A stretch of DNA of 64,000 bases from a bacterium (GCA_965221165.1 CBDCRP010000002.1:1120001-1184000); one strand, 5' to 3'. Counted from the first letter of the stretch, positions 30,637-41,422 are shown. The notes: generated from the sequence alone by a model not told the origin. Program-made: numbers and translations.

Positions 30637-32211
30637 ATGAGTGAAAGCGTACATCTTCCTCCCTATTTCCGCCCCCCGCTCGAATATCCCGATTGCGCCC
30701 TCCACGAACTGCTCAAGATGACGTGCGCGCGCCGCCCGGACGCTACAGCCCTGGTGGATGGGGATGTCCACATGAGTTTCCGGGAACTCGACGTGCTCTC
30801 GAACGCCTGTGCGCGCGCCATGCTCGCCGAGGGTATAGGAATCGGGGATCGCGTCGGCCTGTTCCTGCCCAATTCGGTCGAATTCGAAATCGCCGTCTTC
30901 GGCGCATCGAAGATAGGGGCCGTTTTCACGCCGATGAACCCCGCCTATAAAGAAAACGAAGCCGCGTATCAACTCAACGATTCGGGCGCGAAGATTCTGA
31001 TCACCACGGCGGCGGGCGCCGCCCTGGTTCAAGGAGTGCGGAAAGACCTCACGACGCTCGAAACCATTATCGTGACGGACGATGGCGCACAGGGAGACAT
31101 CTGCTTCGAGGATTGGATAGGCGCGCACTCGCCGGAGAGCCTCCCCGAACCGGAGATCGATTTCGCCCAGGATTTAATCGCCCTGCCCTATTCGAGCGGC
31201 ACGACGGGTCTTCCAAAAGGCGTGATGCTCACCCACAAGAATCTGGTGTCGAACTACCACCAGTGCGTGGCGAATCATCAAGTTACGGACCGGGATGCGG
31301 GCCTCTTGTTCCTGCCGCTCTATCACATCTACGGAACCATGATCATGGGCGCGCTGATTCTCGCCGGCGCCACACAGGTGCTGATGAAGCGATTCACGGT
31401 GGATGACGCCCTGCGTCTCGTGCAAGAGCACGAGCTCACGCTCTTCTATGGCGTGCCGCCCGCGCTCTTGGCCATCGCGCACCATGAGAACCTGGGCGAA
31501 TACGATCTCTCCTCCCTGCGGTACATCATGAGCGGGGCCGCGCCCCTTCCGCCCGAGGTGAGGCGCCTCGTGCAGGAGAGAACGGGCGTGCTCACCTTCA
31601 TGGGCTACGGCCTCACCGAAGCCTCGCCCCTCACGCACATGAACCCTCCCGTGGAGGCTCTCATCAGAGAGGAATCCATAGGACCTCCCATCTCCGATCA
31701 GGAGCAAAAAATCGTCGACGTGGAAACCGGAAAAACGGAATTGCCCGTGGGCGAGGTGGGCGAGCTCATCGTGCGGGGACCCCACGTCATGAAAGGCTAT
31801 TGGAACGCGCCCGAGGCCACGGCCGAAGCGTTGCGCGACGGCTGGCTCCATACGGGCGACATCGGGCGGGTGGACGAGCAGGGCTACGTCTATCTGATGG
31901 ACAGGAAAAAGGAGATGATCAAGTACAAGGGCTTCGCCGTTGCGCCCGCCGAGCTCGAAGCGCGCCTGCACTTACACCCCGATGTCGCGGACGCGGCCGT
32001 CGTCCCCCGGGCGGACCCCGAGGCGGGCGAGATACCCATGGCCTTCGTTGTTCCCAGAGAAGGCGTCCAGATCGACGAAGAGGCCCTGATGGATTTCGTG
32101 AACGAAAAAATAGCGGGCTACAAGCACGTTCGCGCGGTGGCCTTCATCGACGCCATCCCGAAATCGGGCAGCGGGAAAATACTGCGCCGGTTGCTGAAAG
32201 AACAAGTGTAA
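30637..32211 (+). CDS. Acyl-CoA synthetase (4-coumarate/long-chain CoA ligase-like)
   Basis: YSSGTTGLPKG, GYGLTE, GWLHTGD, DRKKEMIKYKG, PKSGSGKILRR. Confidence 0.93.
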   Translation: MSESVHLPPYFRPPLEYPDCALHELLKMTCARRPDATALVDGDVHMSFRELDVLSNACARAMLAEGIGIGDRVGLFLPNSVEFEIAVFGASKIGAVFTPMNPAYKENEAAYQLNDSGAKILITTAAGAALVQGVRKDLTTLETIIVTDDGAQGDICFEDWIGAHSPESLPEPEIDFAQDLIALPYSSGTTGLPKGVMLTHKNLVSNYHQCVANHQVTDRDAGLLFLPLYHIYGTMIMGALILAGATQVLMKRFTVDDALRLVQEHELTLFYGVPPALLAIAHHENLGEYDLSSLRYIMSGAAPLPPEVRRLVQERTGVLTFMGYGLTEASPLTHMNPPVEALIREESIGPPISDQEQKIVDVETGKTELPVGEVGELIVRGPHVMKGYWNAPEATAEALRDGWLHTGDIGRVDEQGYVYLMDRKKEMIKYKGFAVAPAELEARLHLHPDVADAAVVPRADPEAGEIPMAFVVPREGVQIDEEALMDFVNEKIAGYKHVRAVAFIDAIPKSGSGKILRRLLKEQV

Positions 32212-32243
32212 ACAATCATTTTCGAGCACTTCAACGAGAATTC

Positions 32244-33419
32244 ATGGACCTTCGTCTGACTCCGAAAAACGAGGCTTTGATCGCACAGGCCGGGGAACTC
32301 GCCCGAAACGCACTGGCCGCCCACGCGGACATCTGCGACCAGGAACAGCGTTTCCCGAGAGAGAGTTTCGACGCCTTGATTCGGGAGGGGTTCATGCGCC
32401 TCACGCTGCCAGAGTCCCATGGCGGGCGGGAGCTCTGGCGCGACCCCGTCTGCTACGCCATGGTGTTTCACGAACTGGGCAAGGGCTGCGCGAACACCGC
32501 CATGACGCTGCACATGCACAGCACGATTCTATACTTTCTCCTCACACTCTCGGATGAAGAGCAAAAGCACCGCTTCGCCGAGGCGGCCCAAAACGGGGCC
32601 ATCTTCGGCAGCCACGCAGGCGAAGCGGGCTCCAGCCCCCAGTGGAACCGCACCATCACCACGCGCGCGCGCAAGGAGGGCGATGAATACGTCATCAACG
32701 GCCAGAAGTATTTTTGCTCCATGGCCGGGGAGGCGGATTATTACGTGCTCTGGTGTCTGCTCGAGGGGGTCGAGGAGCTCAAGACCGGCCTCCGCTGGGC
32801 GGTGGTGGATAAAAACCTCGAGGGCATCACCATCCCGATCCGCTGGAACGCCTTCGCCATGCGGGGCACGGCCAGCCACGCGCTCGCCTATGAGGACGTG
32901 AGGGTTCCGGCGCGCAACATCGTGGGCTCGGGCGAGGACATCCTCCAACCCGACTTCGTGCCCAGGTTCGGCCTGGGCTACGCCGCCGTCTATCTGGGCG
33001 CGGGCGCCGCCGCACTGGACTGGATTGTGGACTACGCGCTGAAGCGCAAACTCCTGCCCGACAACGTACCCATCGCGAGCTACCCTGCGATTCAGCGCCA
33101 GATAGGCGAAATGAAAATCGCTCTCGAAACCGCGCTCATCACGATCCAGAAAGCCGCCTGGGTGCTGGAGACCCAGGGCGCCACCAAGGCCATTCCCTTC
33201 ATCAACGAGGCGAAATACACCGCTTCCGAGGCGGCGGCTTCCATGACGGAAAAAGCCCTGAAAATCGCGGGTGGACCCGGCCTGCTGAACGACAAGCCGC
33301 TCCAGCGGTTTCATCGCGACGCCAGAGCCGCGCTGGTGATGCCGCCCAGCACGGAGAAGTGCCTGCAAATGGCGTCGAACTTCGTTTTGAGTCAGAATGA
33401 GGCAGCATCCATCTTCTAA
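32244..33419 (+). CDS. Acyl-CoA dehydrogenase-family flavoprotein 2 (paralog of 29441-30616)
   Basis: Same motifs. Long shared peptides such as KYFCSMAGEADYYVLW and PDNVPIASYPAIQRQIGEMKIALE. Confidence 0.88.
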   Translation: MDLRLTPKNEALIAQAGELARNALAAHADICDQEQRFPRESFDALIREGFMRLTLPESHGGRELWRDPVCYAMVFHELGKGCANTAMTLHMHSTILYFLLTLSDEEQKHRFAEAAQNGAIFGSHAGEAGSSPQWNRTITTRARKEGDEYVINGQKYFCSMAGEADYYVLWCLLEGVEELKTGLRWAVVDKNLEGITIPIRWNAFAMRGTASHALAYEDVRVPARNIVGSGEDILQPDFVPRFGLGYAAVYLGAGAAALDWIVDYALKRKLLPDNVPIASYPAIQRQIGEMKIALETALITIQKAAWVLETQGATKAIPFINEAKYTASEAAASMTEKALKIAGGPGLLNDKPLQRFHRDARAALVMPPSTEKCLQMASNFVLSQNEAASIF

Positions 33420-33449
33420 GTCTAAAAAATTTCTCGTGAGGGAGAGCGC

Positions 33450-35123
33450 ATGAATAGCGGAAACGGCTCGGACCTGTTTTTGGAAACACTCATCGACGAG
33501 GGTGTCGGCTGCATGTTCGGCAACCCGGGCACCACCGAACTGCCCCTCATGGACGCGCTGGTGAACGAGAGCAGGCTCGATTACATCCTCTGCCTCCAAG
33601 AGTCCGTCACCATCGGCGCAGCCGAGGGCTACGCCTACGCCACGGGCGGCGTGGGTGTGGTGAACCTCCACGTCGCGCCGGGTCTCGGCAACGCCATGGG
33701 CATGCTGTACAACATCAAGCGAGCCGGCACCCCCCTCCTCGTCACGGCGGGCAACCAGGGCCAGCGCGGGCAACTCTCGGAACCCGTGCTCTGGGACGAT
33801 TTGCCGCGCATGGCGGAGCCGCTCACCAAATGGTCCCACGAAGTGCGCAGGGTGGAGGACTTGGAGCAAAGCGTCCGCCGGGCGATTAAATACGCGCTCA
33901 CCCCTCCTACGGGCCCGGTTTTCCTCTCGTTGCCCGGCGACGTCATGCTCGCCGAGACGGGAGGCCCCACGGGCCGTCCCACGCGGCTTTCGAGCGCCTT
34001 TCCCGCGCCTGCCGAATCCATCGAACGCGCGGCCGAAATGCTCGCCGAAGCGGAGAACCCCTACATCGTCACCGGCTCGCGCGTCACCCGCTCGGGCGCG
34101 GTGGGCGAAGTCGCCCGGTTGGCGGAGCGCATCGGGGCGAAGGTGTTTTCCGACAACCGCCCGAATTCCCTCTCGTTCTCCCTCACCCATCCCCTGTACG
34201 CGGGAGAACTCCTGAACACGATCGCGCCGCTGCTGGATCAGATAGAGGACGCGGACGTCGTGTTCTTCATCGGTACGGAAACCTACATCTTCTCCTTCCC
34301 GCCGGAAATTCCGCTGGCGCCGCGCGGCGCGCGAATCATTCATCTGGACTTGGACCCCTGGGAAATCGGCAAGAACTTCCCCGTCGAGGTCGCCATGCTG
34401 GGAGACCCCAAGGCCACGCTTCCAGAACTCACCAAGGCGGTGGAGAAGAAACAGGGAGAATCGGGCGCTCAAAGCGCGGGGGAGCGCCGCGCGTGGGTCG
34501 AGAGAGAACTTGCGGCTTCGAGAAAAGAGATCGCCCCCAAAGCCGGTGACGATGGAGGCCCTCTGACGAAAGAGGCCTTTCAGGCCGCATTCGGGGACGC
34601 CCTCCCCCCGGGGACGGCGCTGGTGGATGAATCCCTCACCATGGGGCACGGCGGCGGCCTCAAAAGCGCGGTCGCCGGTAAGATAGATTCCATCTTCGGC
34701 ATGAAGGGAGGGGGCATCGGCCTGGGCCTGCCCAGCGCGCTGGGGGTGAAAAAAGCCTTGCCCGAGTCCCCCGTGGTCTGCCTTTCGGGAGACGGCTCCG
34801 CCATGTACGCCATTCAGGCGCTCTGGAGCGCCGCGAAATACGATCTGGACGCCGTGTTCGTGATTCTGAACAACAAGAGCTACCGGATTCTCAAGGAGAG
34901 AGTCTTGAGGCTCGACGGCAAAACGCAGGAACACCGGCAATTCGTCGCCATGGATTTCAAGGAGCCGGAACTCGATTTCATCCAGATGGCGAATTCCATG
35001 GGCGTGGACGCCATCAGGGCGAAAACGCCCGCGGAACTGAAAGAGACCATGAAAAAAGGATTGTCCTGCGGCAAACCGTATCTAATCGACGCCCATATCG
35101 AATACGAGCGACTGGAGAACTAA
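33450..35123 (+). CDS. TPP-dependent decarboxylase (benzoylformate decarboxylase-like)
   Basis: FGNPGTTELP, NLHVAPGLGNAMG, and GDGSAMY...NN TPP motif. Confidence 0.88.
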   Translation: MNSGNGSDLFLETLIDEGVGCMFGNPGTTELPLMDALVNESRLDYILCLQESVTIGAAEGYAYATGGVGVVNLHVAPGLGNAMGMLYNIKRAGTPLLVTAGNQGQRGQLSEPVLWDDLPRMAEPLTKWSHEVRRVEDLEQSVRRAIKYALTPPTGPVFLSLPGDVMLAETGGPTGRPTRLSSAFPAPAESIERAAEMLAEAENPYIVTGSRVTRSGAVGEVARLAERIGAKVFSDNRPNSLSFSLTHPLYAGELLNTIAPLLDQIEDADVVFFIGTETYIFSFPPEIPLAPRGARIIHLDLDPWEIGKNFPVEVAMLGDPKATLPELTKAVEKKQGESGAQSAGERRAWVERELAASRKEIAPKAGDDGGPLTKEAFQAAFGDALPPGTALVDESLTMGHGGGLKSAVAGKIDSIFGMKGGGIGLGLPSALGVKKALPESPVVCLSGDGSAMYAIQALWSAAKYDLDAVFVILNNKSYRILKERVLRLDGKTQEHRQFVAMDFKEPELDFIQMANSMGVDAIRAKTPAELKETMKKGLSCGKPYLIDAHIEYERLEN

Positions 35124-35129
35124 AGGCGC

Positions 35130-36380
35130 TCAGGCCACGCCCATCTTCTCGCCATAGGCTTCAAGCGCCTGCTCGAAGCAGGCGAGCGGCGCGCGGACCA
35201 CGCCCGCGCCGACCTGGCCGACGCCGGGTTCCTTGTGCGCGATGCCCGTGTTGATGACGGGCGCGACGCCGAGCTTCACCACCTTCGTGATGTCGACCCC
35301 CGTGGGAACCCCCTGAAAATCAAGAGCGGGAATCGTCCACTCGGGGTTCCGGCCCTGGGTGATCTCATACATGGCGCGCGAATAATTCAGCGCGTCCGCC
35401 GCACTCCCCGCCCCCACGAACCCGACGACGGCGGGGGCCGCGGCCATGGCGAATCCCCCCAACCCCATCGTCTCGATAATCGTGGAATCACCCATGTCCG
35501 GATTGGCGTCATCCTCGCTAAAGCCTGGAAAATACAACCCTTCGAGCATCTCCACAGGCGCCGTAAACCACGCATCCCCCGTTGCGCTCACCCGGATGCC
35601 GAAGTCCGTTCCATTGCGGCTCATTGCCGTGACGATGCTCGACGCCTCGATATCGCGCACCGGGTCCATCACGGCCTTTCCCGTAGCCATCGCGACGTTC
35701 AGGAAAAACTGATCGTTACCACCGATGAAGGACAACACCTCCTCCAGCGCTTCTCTCTCGCTCACGGAGCGCGCAAGGGCGGGGGCCATCTCGCGCATGA
35801 AGAGACTCGTACACGCCACGTTGCGCTGGTGCATTTCATCTCCCATCGAAAGCCCCCGCGCGATGATGCTCTTGAGCGGCACGCCCCCCATCGCCTGGAG
35901 GGCGCCTGAGAGCGCGGGCGCCAGGCAATCCGCCAGCCAGCGAAGCCGGTTCAGCACCTCCTCGTCGTTTCCGCCGAAGCGCATCACCTTCCCCAAGCCC
36001 TCGTTCAGGGTGCAGTACGCCTGGTTTCCGAATTTCCTGTTCTCCACGATCATCACCGGCATCGAACGCGTGGTGATGCCCGTCATGGGGCCGACGGCGT
36101 CGAAATGATGATTCGGGTGGAAGGCGATGCCGCCCGAGGCGGCGAGCGCTTCGCCCGAGGTCAAATCATCCGCCCAGCCTTCCAAAACGGCAGCTCCCGC
36201 GATAGCCCCGCGCAGGGGGCCGCACATGCGTTCCCATTCGATCGGCGGGCCTGCATGCAGGAGAACGCCATCTTTCAAACCCGGTATCACCTCGCCCGCC
36301 GGACGCACGTCCACCAAAACGGGTTCGGCTTGGGTGATGCGGGAGAGCGCCTCCGCGTTCGCGTCCGTGATCACGCCCAT
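35130..36380 (-). CDS. DUF1116 / YlbE(AllG)-like protein
   Basis: LLHAGPPIEW, GLGKVMRFG, MGDEMHQRN, RNGTDFGI, DMGDSTI.ET, INTGIAHK. Confidence 0.85.
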   Translation of the reverse strand: MGVITDANAEALSRITQAEPVLVDVRPAGEVIPGLKDGVLLHAGPPIEWERMCGPLRGAIAGAAVLEGWADDLTSGEALAASGGIAFHPNHHFDAVGPMTGITTRSMPVMIVENRKFGNQAYCTLNEGLGKVMRFGGNDEEVLNRLRWLADCLAPALSGALQAMGGVPLKSIIARGLSMGDEMHQRNVACTSLFMREMAPALARSVSEREALEEVLSFIGGNDQFFLNVAMATGKAVMDPVRDIEASSIVTAMSRNGTDFGIRVSATGDAWFTAPVEMLEGLYFPGFSEDDANPDMGDSTIIETMGLGGFAMAAAPAVVGFVGAGSAADALNYSRAMYEITQGRNPEWTIPALDFQGVPTGVDITKVVKLGVAPVINTGIAHKEPGVGQVGAGVVRAPLACFEQALEAYGEKMGVA

Positions 36381-37640
36381 TTAGTCCACCTCCCGCCAGG
36401 TCGTCTCCGAGACGTTCTTCACGATGGGACGCCCGCCCTTCACCACGAATCTCTTCTCGGGCTGATCGATGAGGATATCGTCGAAATTGCCTGAATCGAG
36501 AACCACGAAATCGGCCGCGCAGCCCTCTCGCAGACCGTAGCCCTCCTCCACCCCCAACGCCTTAGCGCCGTTGGTCGTGAAAAGATCGGGAACCACGCCC
36601 CTTTCCGATGCACCGCTCATGTGGAGCGCGTGGGCAAGGAGAAGGCCTATTTCGAGCAAATCGCCGCGCCCCGAGGGCGTGAAGGCGTTCCTGATGTTGT
36701 TCGATGCGATGGCGACGTTGACGCCCGCGCTCAGTAAGTCCTTGACGGGGGCGAGGCTTCTGAAACGAGGCGGCTCCTCCCCCCTGCCGCCCAGGAACAA
36801 ATCCGTCGCCGGCAAGGGCAGGACGGAAATGCCCGCCTCCAGGATTTTCTCGATTATCGGCGCGGCCTCATCCCGCGCCATGGCGCCCAGGGAGGTGAGA
36901 TGACCCACGGCCACCCTGCCCTGCAAACCGGCGGCTATCGTGCGGGCGGCCACGGATTCGATTCTCCTCACCTCGGGGGTGTCCGCGAAATCGAGATGAA
37001 AATCCAGGCCGCAGCCACACGCCTCGGCCATCGCGAAAACGATGTCCAGATGCCGCTCGGGGTCCAGGTCGTTATACGGGATTCCGCCCACCAAATCCCC
37101 GCCCATCCGCATCGCCTCGCGCATCAACTCCTCCGTGCCCGGCTGCTGCTCGATGCCCTCTTGCGGAAAAACGACGAGTTGAAAATCCGCCAGGCCGGCG
37201 TATTTTTCCTTGAGCGCCAGGGCGACTTCCATTCCTTTCAGTCCGACGATGGGGTCGACCTCCACCTGCGCCCGAAACCAGGTGGCGCCATGCCGAATGC
37301 ACATGCGCAGGGCGCGCTCGGCGCGCTCCATGATGTCGTGTTTCGTCACGCTTCTCTTCAAGGCGAGCGTGATGGATATGGCGTCCTCGAGCGTGGCGGA
37401 ACGATTGGGCTCGCGCTCCTCTAAAAACGCCTTGTCCAGATGGATGTGGCTCTCCACGAACGCAGGCAAAACGACGCGAGCGCCCAAGTCGATTTCCTCG
37501 CAACCGGACTCATTCTCAAGACCCGGCGATATCCTCGAGAATCGGCCCCCGGCGACGCACAAATCAACAAGGGGACCGCTTAAGTCGATTCTAGCGTTTC
37601 TGAAAATTCTATCGTCCGTCATATCGGCGCTCATGACCAT
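36381..37640 (-). CDS. Cytosine deaminase (CodA)-like amidohydrolase
   Basis: ESHIHLDK, VFPQEG, DFHLD, GHLTSL, LPATDL. Confidence 0.85.
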   Translation of the reverse strand: MVMSADMTDDRIFRNARIDLSGPLVDLCVAGGRFSRISPGLENESGCEEIDLGARVVLPAFVESHIHLDKAFLEEREPNRSATLEDAISITLALKRSVTKHDIMERAERALRMCIRHGATWFRAQVEVDPIVGLKGMEVALALKEKYAGLADFQLVVFPQEGIEQQPGTEELMREAMRMGGDLVGGIPYNDLDPERHLDIVFAMAEACGCGLDFHLDFADTPEVRRIESVAARTIAAGLQGRVAVGHLTSLGAMARDEAAPIIEKILEAGISVLPLPATDLFLGGRGEEPPRFRSLAPVKDLLSAGVNVAIASNNIRNAFTPSGRGDLLEIGLLLAHALHMSGASERGVVPDLFTTNGAKALGVEEGYGLREGCAADFVVLDSGNFDDILIDQPEKRFVVKGGRPIVKNVSETTWREVD

Positions 37641-37935
37641 TTAACCGCAATGAAATGCCCCCTTAACAGAAACGAAACGCGCATCGCCCATAGTGGCAAA
37701 ATGGAGAAACTCGACATTGCGAACTCTATCTTTCCGCGCGAATTTACGCCAGCGAAAAAGGAGGAAGCGAGAAAAACCCCGTTTCCCGTCAGCTTGACCC
37801 ATATCTGGAATCGTGAACATAATGAGGGATTCAGGGTCATATTTCATCTCGGTTCTCACGTGGCTTGACGACCCGGTGACGCGAGGTGGCGTTTGATCGC
37901 GCGGCGCGCCATTCCAGGACTAAAGAGAGACTTGC

Positions 37936-39033
37936 ATGACCACTCTGAGTTTCACGAATATCCTCGTTCTCAGCTATAACTCCCTCTCCTACGCCGCGAT
38001 TCTTTTTCTCCTGGCGAGCGGACTCTCGCTCATCTTCGGCGTGATGCGCATCGTGAACCTCGCGCACGCCGCTTTTTTCCTCTTCGCCGGCTATCTCGCC
38101 CTGGAATTCTACAACATCATTTTCGGCTCCCTGAGCCTGATGCCGCGAATCATCCAGATCGTTTCGTGGGGCCTGCTATATCTCGCATGGCGGGGACTCA
38201 CGGGATACGTCGCTCCCAAGCACGCCGCGCTGGCGCTGCTCCTCGCCTACGTCGTCGCCGAAGCCCTGAGCGGCCTGATTGGGGGCTTCAAATTCTTCGA
38301 ACTCTTCTTCCCGCACGTGCCCGTCAAGCCTGTCGACAAGATCAACTTCGCGGCCATGATGGCCGCCATCGTTTTCGCGCTTTCCATCGCGGCGCTGTGC
38401 GGGATGTTCATCGAGCGCTTTTTTCTGCGCCGCCTCGGGCAGGACACGCTGGCGCAGGTGCTGGTGACCATCGGTTTCGCTTTCATCTTACAAGACGGCT
38501 CTCTCTACACCTGGGGCGGGGACAACTTCATGCTCAAACAACCCTGGCCCCTCAACTACAGCGCCGTGGTATGGGGCCTATCGCTGCCGCAGTACCGCGG
38601 CTTCATGATCGTCACCGCCGTCGTGGTGGCCGTGGCCCTGTTCCTGGGGATAGAGCGCACCCGTCTCGGCGCCATCATGCGCGCGGCGGTGGACGACCCC
38701 GAGATGGCGCGCGGCATCGGCATCAACACCAACGTCGTGCAAATGGCGATATTCGCCATCGGGGCGCTGCTGGCCGCCACGGGAGGCGTGGTGGGCGGCG
38801 CGTTCTTCGGCGTCTATCCGGGGCTTGATTTCGAGATACTACCCTATGCGTTCGCCGTGGTGATCATCGGGGGCCTCGGCAGTCTGGGCGGCGCCGTCCT
38901 GGGCAGCATCGTGGTCGGCTTCATCGAGAACTTCGGGACCGCGCTGTTTCCCGAACTCTCCTATTTCGCGCTCTTCGCGCCCATGGCCATCATTCTGGCG
39001 ATCAAGCCGACCGGCCTGTTCGGAAAGGGTTAA
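37936..39033 (+). CDS. Branched-chain amino acid-type ABC permease (LivH-like)
   Basis: ASGLSLIFGVMRIVNLAH, TRLGAIMRA, VIIGGLGS. Confidence 0.92.
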   Translation: MTTLSFTNILVLSYNSLSYAAILFLLASGLSLIFGVMRIVNLAHAAFFLFAGYLALEFYNIIFGSLSLMPRIIQIVSWGLLYLAWRGLTGYVAPKHAALALLLAYVVAEALSGLIGGFKFFELFFPHVPVKPVDKINFAAMMAAIVFALSIAALCGMFIERFFLRRLGQDTLAQVLVTIGFAFILQDGSLYTWGGDNFMLKQPWPLNYSAVVWGLSLPQYRGFMIVTAVVVAVALFLGIERTRLGAIMRAAVDDPEMARGIGINTNVVQMAIFAIGALLAATGGVVGGAFFGVYPGLDFEILPYAFAVVIIGGLGSLGGAVLGSIVVGFIENFGTALFPELSYFALFAPMAIILAIKPTGLFGKG

Positions 39034-39036
39034 GCC

Positions 39037-40062
39037 ATGGCGGAGAACCTGGCGGAGAAAAGAAGGGTGCTCATCGTGCTGGGCGCCTTCGTCGCTCTCG
39101 GTATCATCACGCCGTTTCTGGACCTTTTCATGCAGAGTCTGGTGACGGAGATTCTCGTCTTCGGCATCCTGGCCATGAGCCTGGACCTTCTCCTGGGATT
39201 CACGGGACTGGCCTCTCTGGGACACGCCGCCTATTTCGGCGTCGCCTCCTACACCACGGCCATCATCATGACGAAAGAAGACTGGACGTGGACCTACGCC
39301 GCCTTCCAGTGGACGGACTCGCTGGGTCTGGGCCTTTTCTACATCTTCATCTTCGCGCTCGTCGTGGCCATGGCCTTCGCCGCGTTCTTCGGTTTTCTGG
39401 CCATCCGCGCCGTGGGGGTGTATTTTCTGATGATCACCCTCTCTCTCGCCATGGTCGTCTGGGGCTTGGCGTATCGCTGGAGCGCCGTGACGGAAGGAGA
39501 CAACGGAATCAACGTCCTGGGCAGGCCCTCGCTGTTCGGAATATCGCTGGAATCGGAAATGCCGTTCTTCTACTTCACGCTCGCGGTGTTTCTCATCTGT
39601 CTGGGCCTGATGTACATGTTCGTGAGAAGCCCCTTCGGAAAAACGCTGGTCGGCATCAGGGAGCGCGAGGAGCGCATGGAAATGCTCGGCTACAACATCT
39701 GGCTCCACAAATACCTCGCGTTCATCATCGCAGGCGTTTTCAGCGGCGTTTCGGGCGTGATGTGGACGCTGTTCAACCTCTTCGTGAGTCCGCCGGACAT
39801 CGAACTCATCACCTCGGCCGAAGCCCTTTTCATGGTGGCCCTCGGTGGTCCCGCCACGCTCGTCGGCCCGGTCATCGGTTCGGCCATCATCCGCTCGCTG
39901 CAACAATTCATCAGCATCTACGTGGAGCGATGGCCGCTGATTCTGGGCGCCATTTACATCATCACCATCATGTTGGGACGCCTCTACGGCGTCGAAGGAA
40001 TTCTCGGATTGTTCGGCAAGTTCCGCAAACCCGCCGCCCCGTCTGAAACCCCCGAGGGTTGA
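39037..40062 (+). CDS. Branched-chain amino acid-type ABC permease (LivM-like)
   Basis: LLLGFTGLASLGHAAYFG, YFLMITL, SPFGKTLVGIRE. Confidence 0.92.
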   Translation: MAENLAEKRRVLIVLGAFVALGIITPFLDLFMQSLVTEILVFGILAMSLDLLLGFTGLASLGHAAYFGVASYTTAIIMTKEDWTWTYAAFQWTDSLGLGLFYIFIFALVVAMAFAAFFGFLAIRAVGVYFLMITLSLAMVVWGLAYRWSAVTEGDNGINVLGRPSLFGISLESEMPFFYFTLAVFLICLGLMYMFVRSPFGKTLVGIREREERMEMLGYNIWLHKYLAFIIAGVFSGVSGVMWTLFNLFVSPPDIELITSAEALFMVALGGPATLVGPVIGSAIIRSLQQFISIYVERWPLILGAIYIITIMLGRLYGVEGILGLFGKFRKPAAPSETPEG

Positions 40063-40114
40063 GGACGGCGCGGCCCCGCGTCTCTTATGCGAGACGAAAT
40101 GAGGGAGGAAAAAC

Positions 40115-41368
40115 ATGAAACGTAAACTCATCACCATCATCGCAGCGCTCGGCATCGCCTTTACCGCCGGACTCGGCGGCGCCCAGGCCGCCGAGGTGCG
40201 CATCGGGTTCATCGCGCCGATGACGGGCATCTTCGCCCAGATCGGCAAGGACATGAGCAACGGCTTCAAGATGTACCTGGCGCACACCAAAAACAAGATG
40301 GGTCCCCTGGACGTGAAGTTCATCCTCGAGGACTCGACCGGCAAGCCGGCCGTGAACGTGCGCAAGGCGCTCAAGCTCATCAAGCGCGACAAGGTGCACA
40401 TGTTCATAGGCGGCCTGCTGGCCAGCACGGGGTATGCGCTCGCGCCGGTGTCCAACCGCTTCAAGGTACCCTACATCTCGCCCGTGCCGGCGGCGGACGA
40501 CCTCACGCAGCGCAAACTCTTCAAGCATTTCCTGCGCAGCGGCTTCACGAGCAGCCAGAACAGCCACCCCCTCGGCGAGTGGGCCTACGACCAGGGCTAC
40601 CGCAACGTGGTCACCATCGGCGCGGACTACGCTTTCGGCTACGAGACCGTGGGCGGCTTCCACAAGGCCTTCGAGGCGCGCGGCGGCAAGGTCGTCAAGA
40701 AGATCTGGGCGAAACTCGGCACCAAGGATTTCGGCCCCTATCTGCCGCAGATTCCCAAGGACGCCGACGCCATCTTCACGCTGATGGTCGGCCCCATGTC
40801 CCTGGCCTTCCCGAAACAGTTCCGCGCCGCGGGCTTCAAGATGCCGATGCTCGGCGGCGTGACGAGCGCGGATGAGTTCATCCTCCCCAGCATGGGCGAA
40901 GAGGCGCTCGGCTACGTGACGGCCTCGCAATACAGCGCCGCTCTCTCGACGGACAAGAACAAGGCGTTCGTCAAGGAGTATCAGCAGCGCTACGGGAAGA
41001 TGGCCTCCTACTACTCGGAGTCCTGCTACACCACGGGCCAGTGGGTGGACCTCACGCTCAAGAAAATCGGCTACAAGCCGGGCAACACCGATGCGTTCCT
41101 CAAGGCGTTCAAGACCATCCGCATCAACGCCATCAGGGGACCGGTGTATCTGGACGCATACGGAAACCCGGTGCACAACAGCTACATCCGCCGGGTGACC
41201 CGCGTGAAGGGCGATCGCCTGGGCCTGGGCGTGAAGTCGAACTCGCTCTGGAACCTCGTGATTAAAACCTACCCCGCCGTGGGCCAGTTCTGGAAGTGGC
41301 CGGCGAAGGATTTCCTGAAGGACCCCGTGTACAGCAAGAAGTTCCCGCCGTGCACGCATTGTAAATAA
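40115..41368 (+). CDS. LivJ/LivK-fold substrate-binding protein
   Basis: Signal peptide, RIGFIAPMTG, ADYAFGYE. Confidence 0.92.
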   Translation: MKRKLITIIAALGIAFTAGLGGAQAAEVRIGFIAPMTGIFAQIGKDMSNGFKMYLAHTKNKMGPLDVKFILEDSTGKPAVNVRKALKLIKRDKVHMFIGGLLASTGYALAPVSNRFKVPYISPVPAADDLTQRKLFKHFLRSGFTSSQNSHPLGEWAYDQGYRNVVTIGADYAFGYETVGGFHKAFEARGGKVVKKIWAKLGTKDFGPYLPQIPKDADAIFTLMVGPMSLAFPKQFRAAGFKMPMLGGVTSADEFILPSMGEEALGYVTASQYSAALSTDKNKAFVKEYQQRYGKMASYYSESCYTTGQWVDLTLKKIGYKPGNTDAFLKAFKTIRINAIRGPVYLDAYGNPVHNSYIRRVTRVKGDRLGLGVKSNSLWNLVIKTYPAVGQFWKWPAKDFLKDPVYSKKFPPCTHCK

Positions 41369-41370
41369 AG

Positions 41371-41422
41371 GGCGAATTTCCCGCCGTCCGGACCTCCCCG
41401 GTCCGGGCGGCGGATTCGCGCC
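41371..41422 (+). terminator. GC-rich intercistronic stem-loop after the substrate-binding gene
   Basis: CCGCCGTCCGGACC-loop-GGTCCGGGCGGCGG. No strong U-tract, so more likely an mRNA-stabilising or partial terminator. Confidence 0.5.

Noticed and set aside
32529-34940. 803 aa minus-strand ORF (and similar long antisense ORFs at 43071-45188, 38839-40464, 59498-61063)
   Set aside because: Shadow frames of well-supported genes on the opposite strand in GC-rich DNA, with no recognisable motifs.
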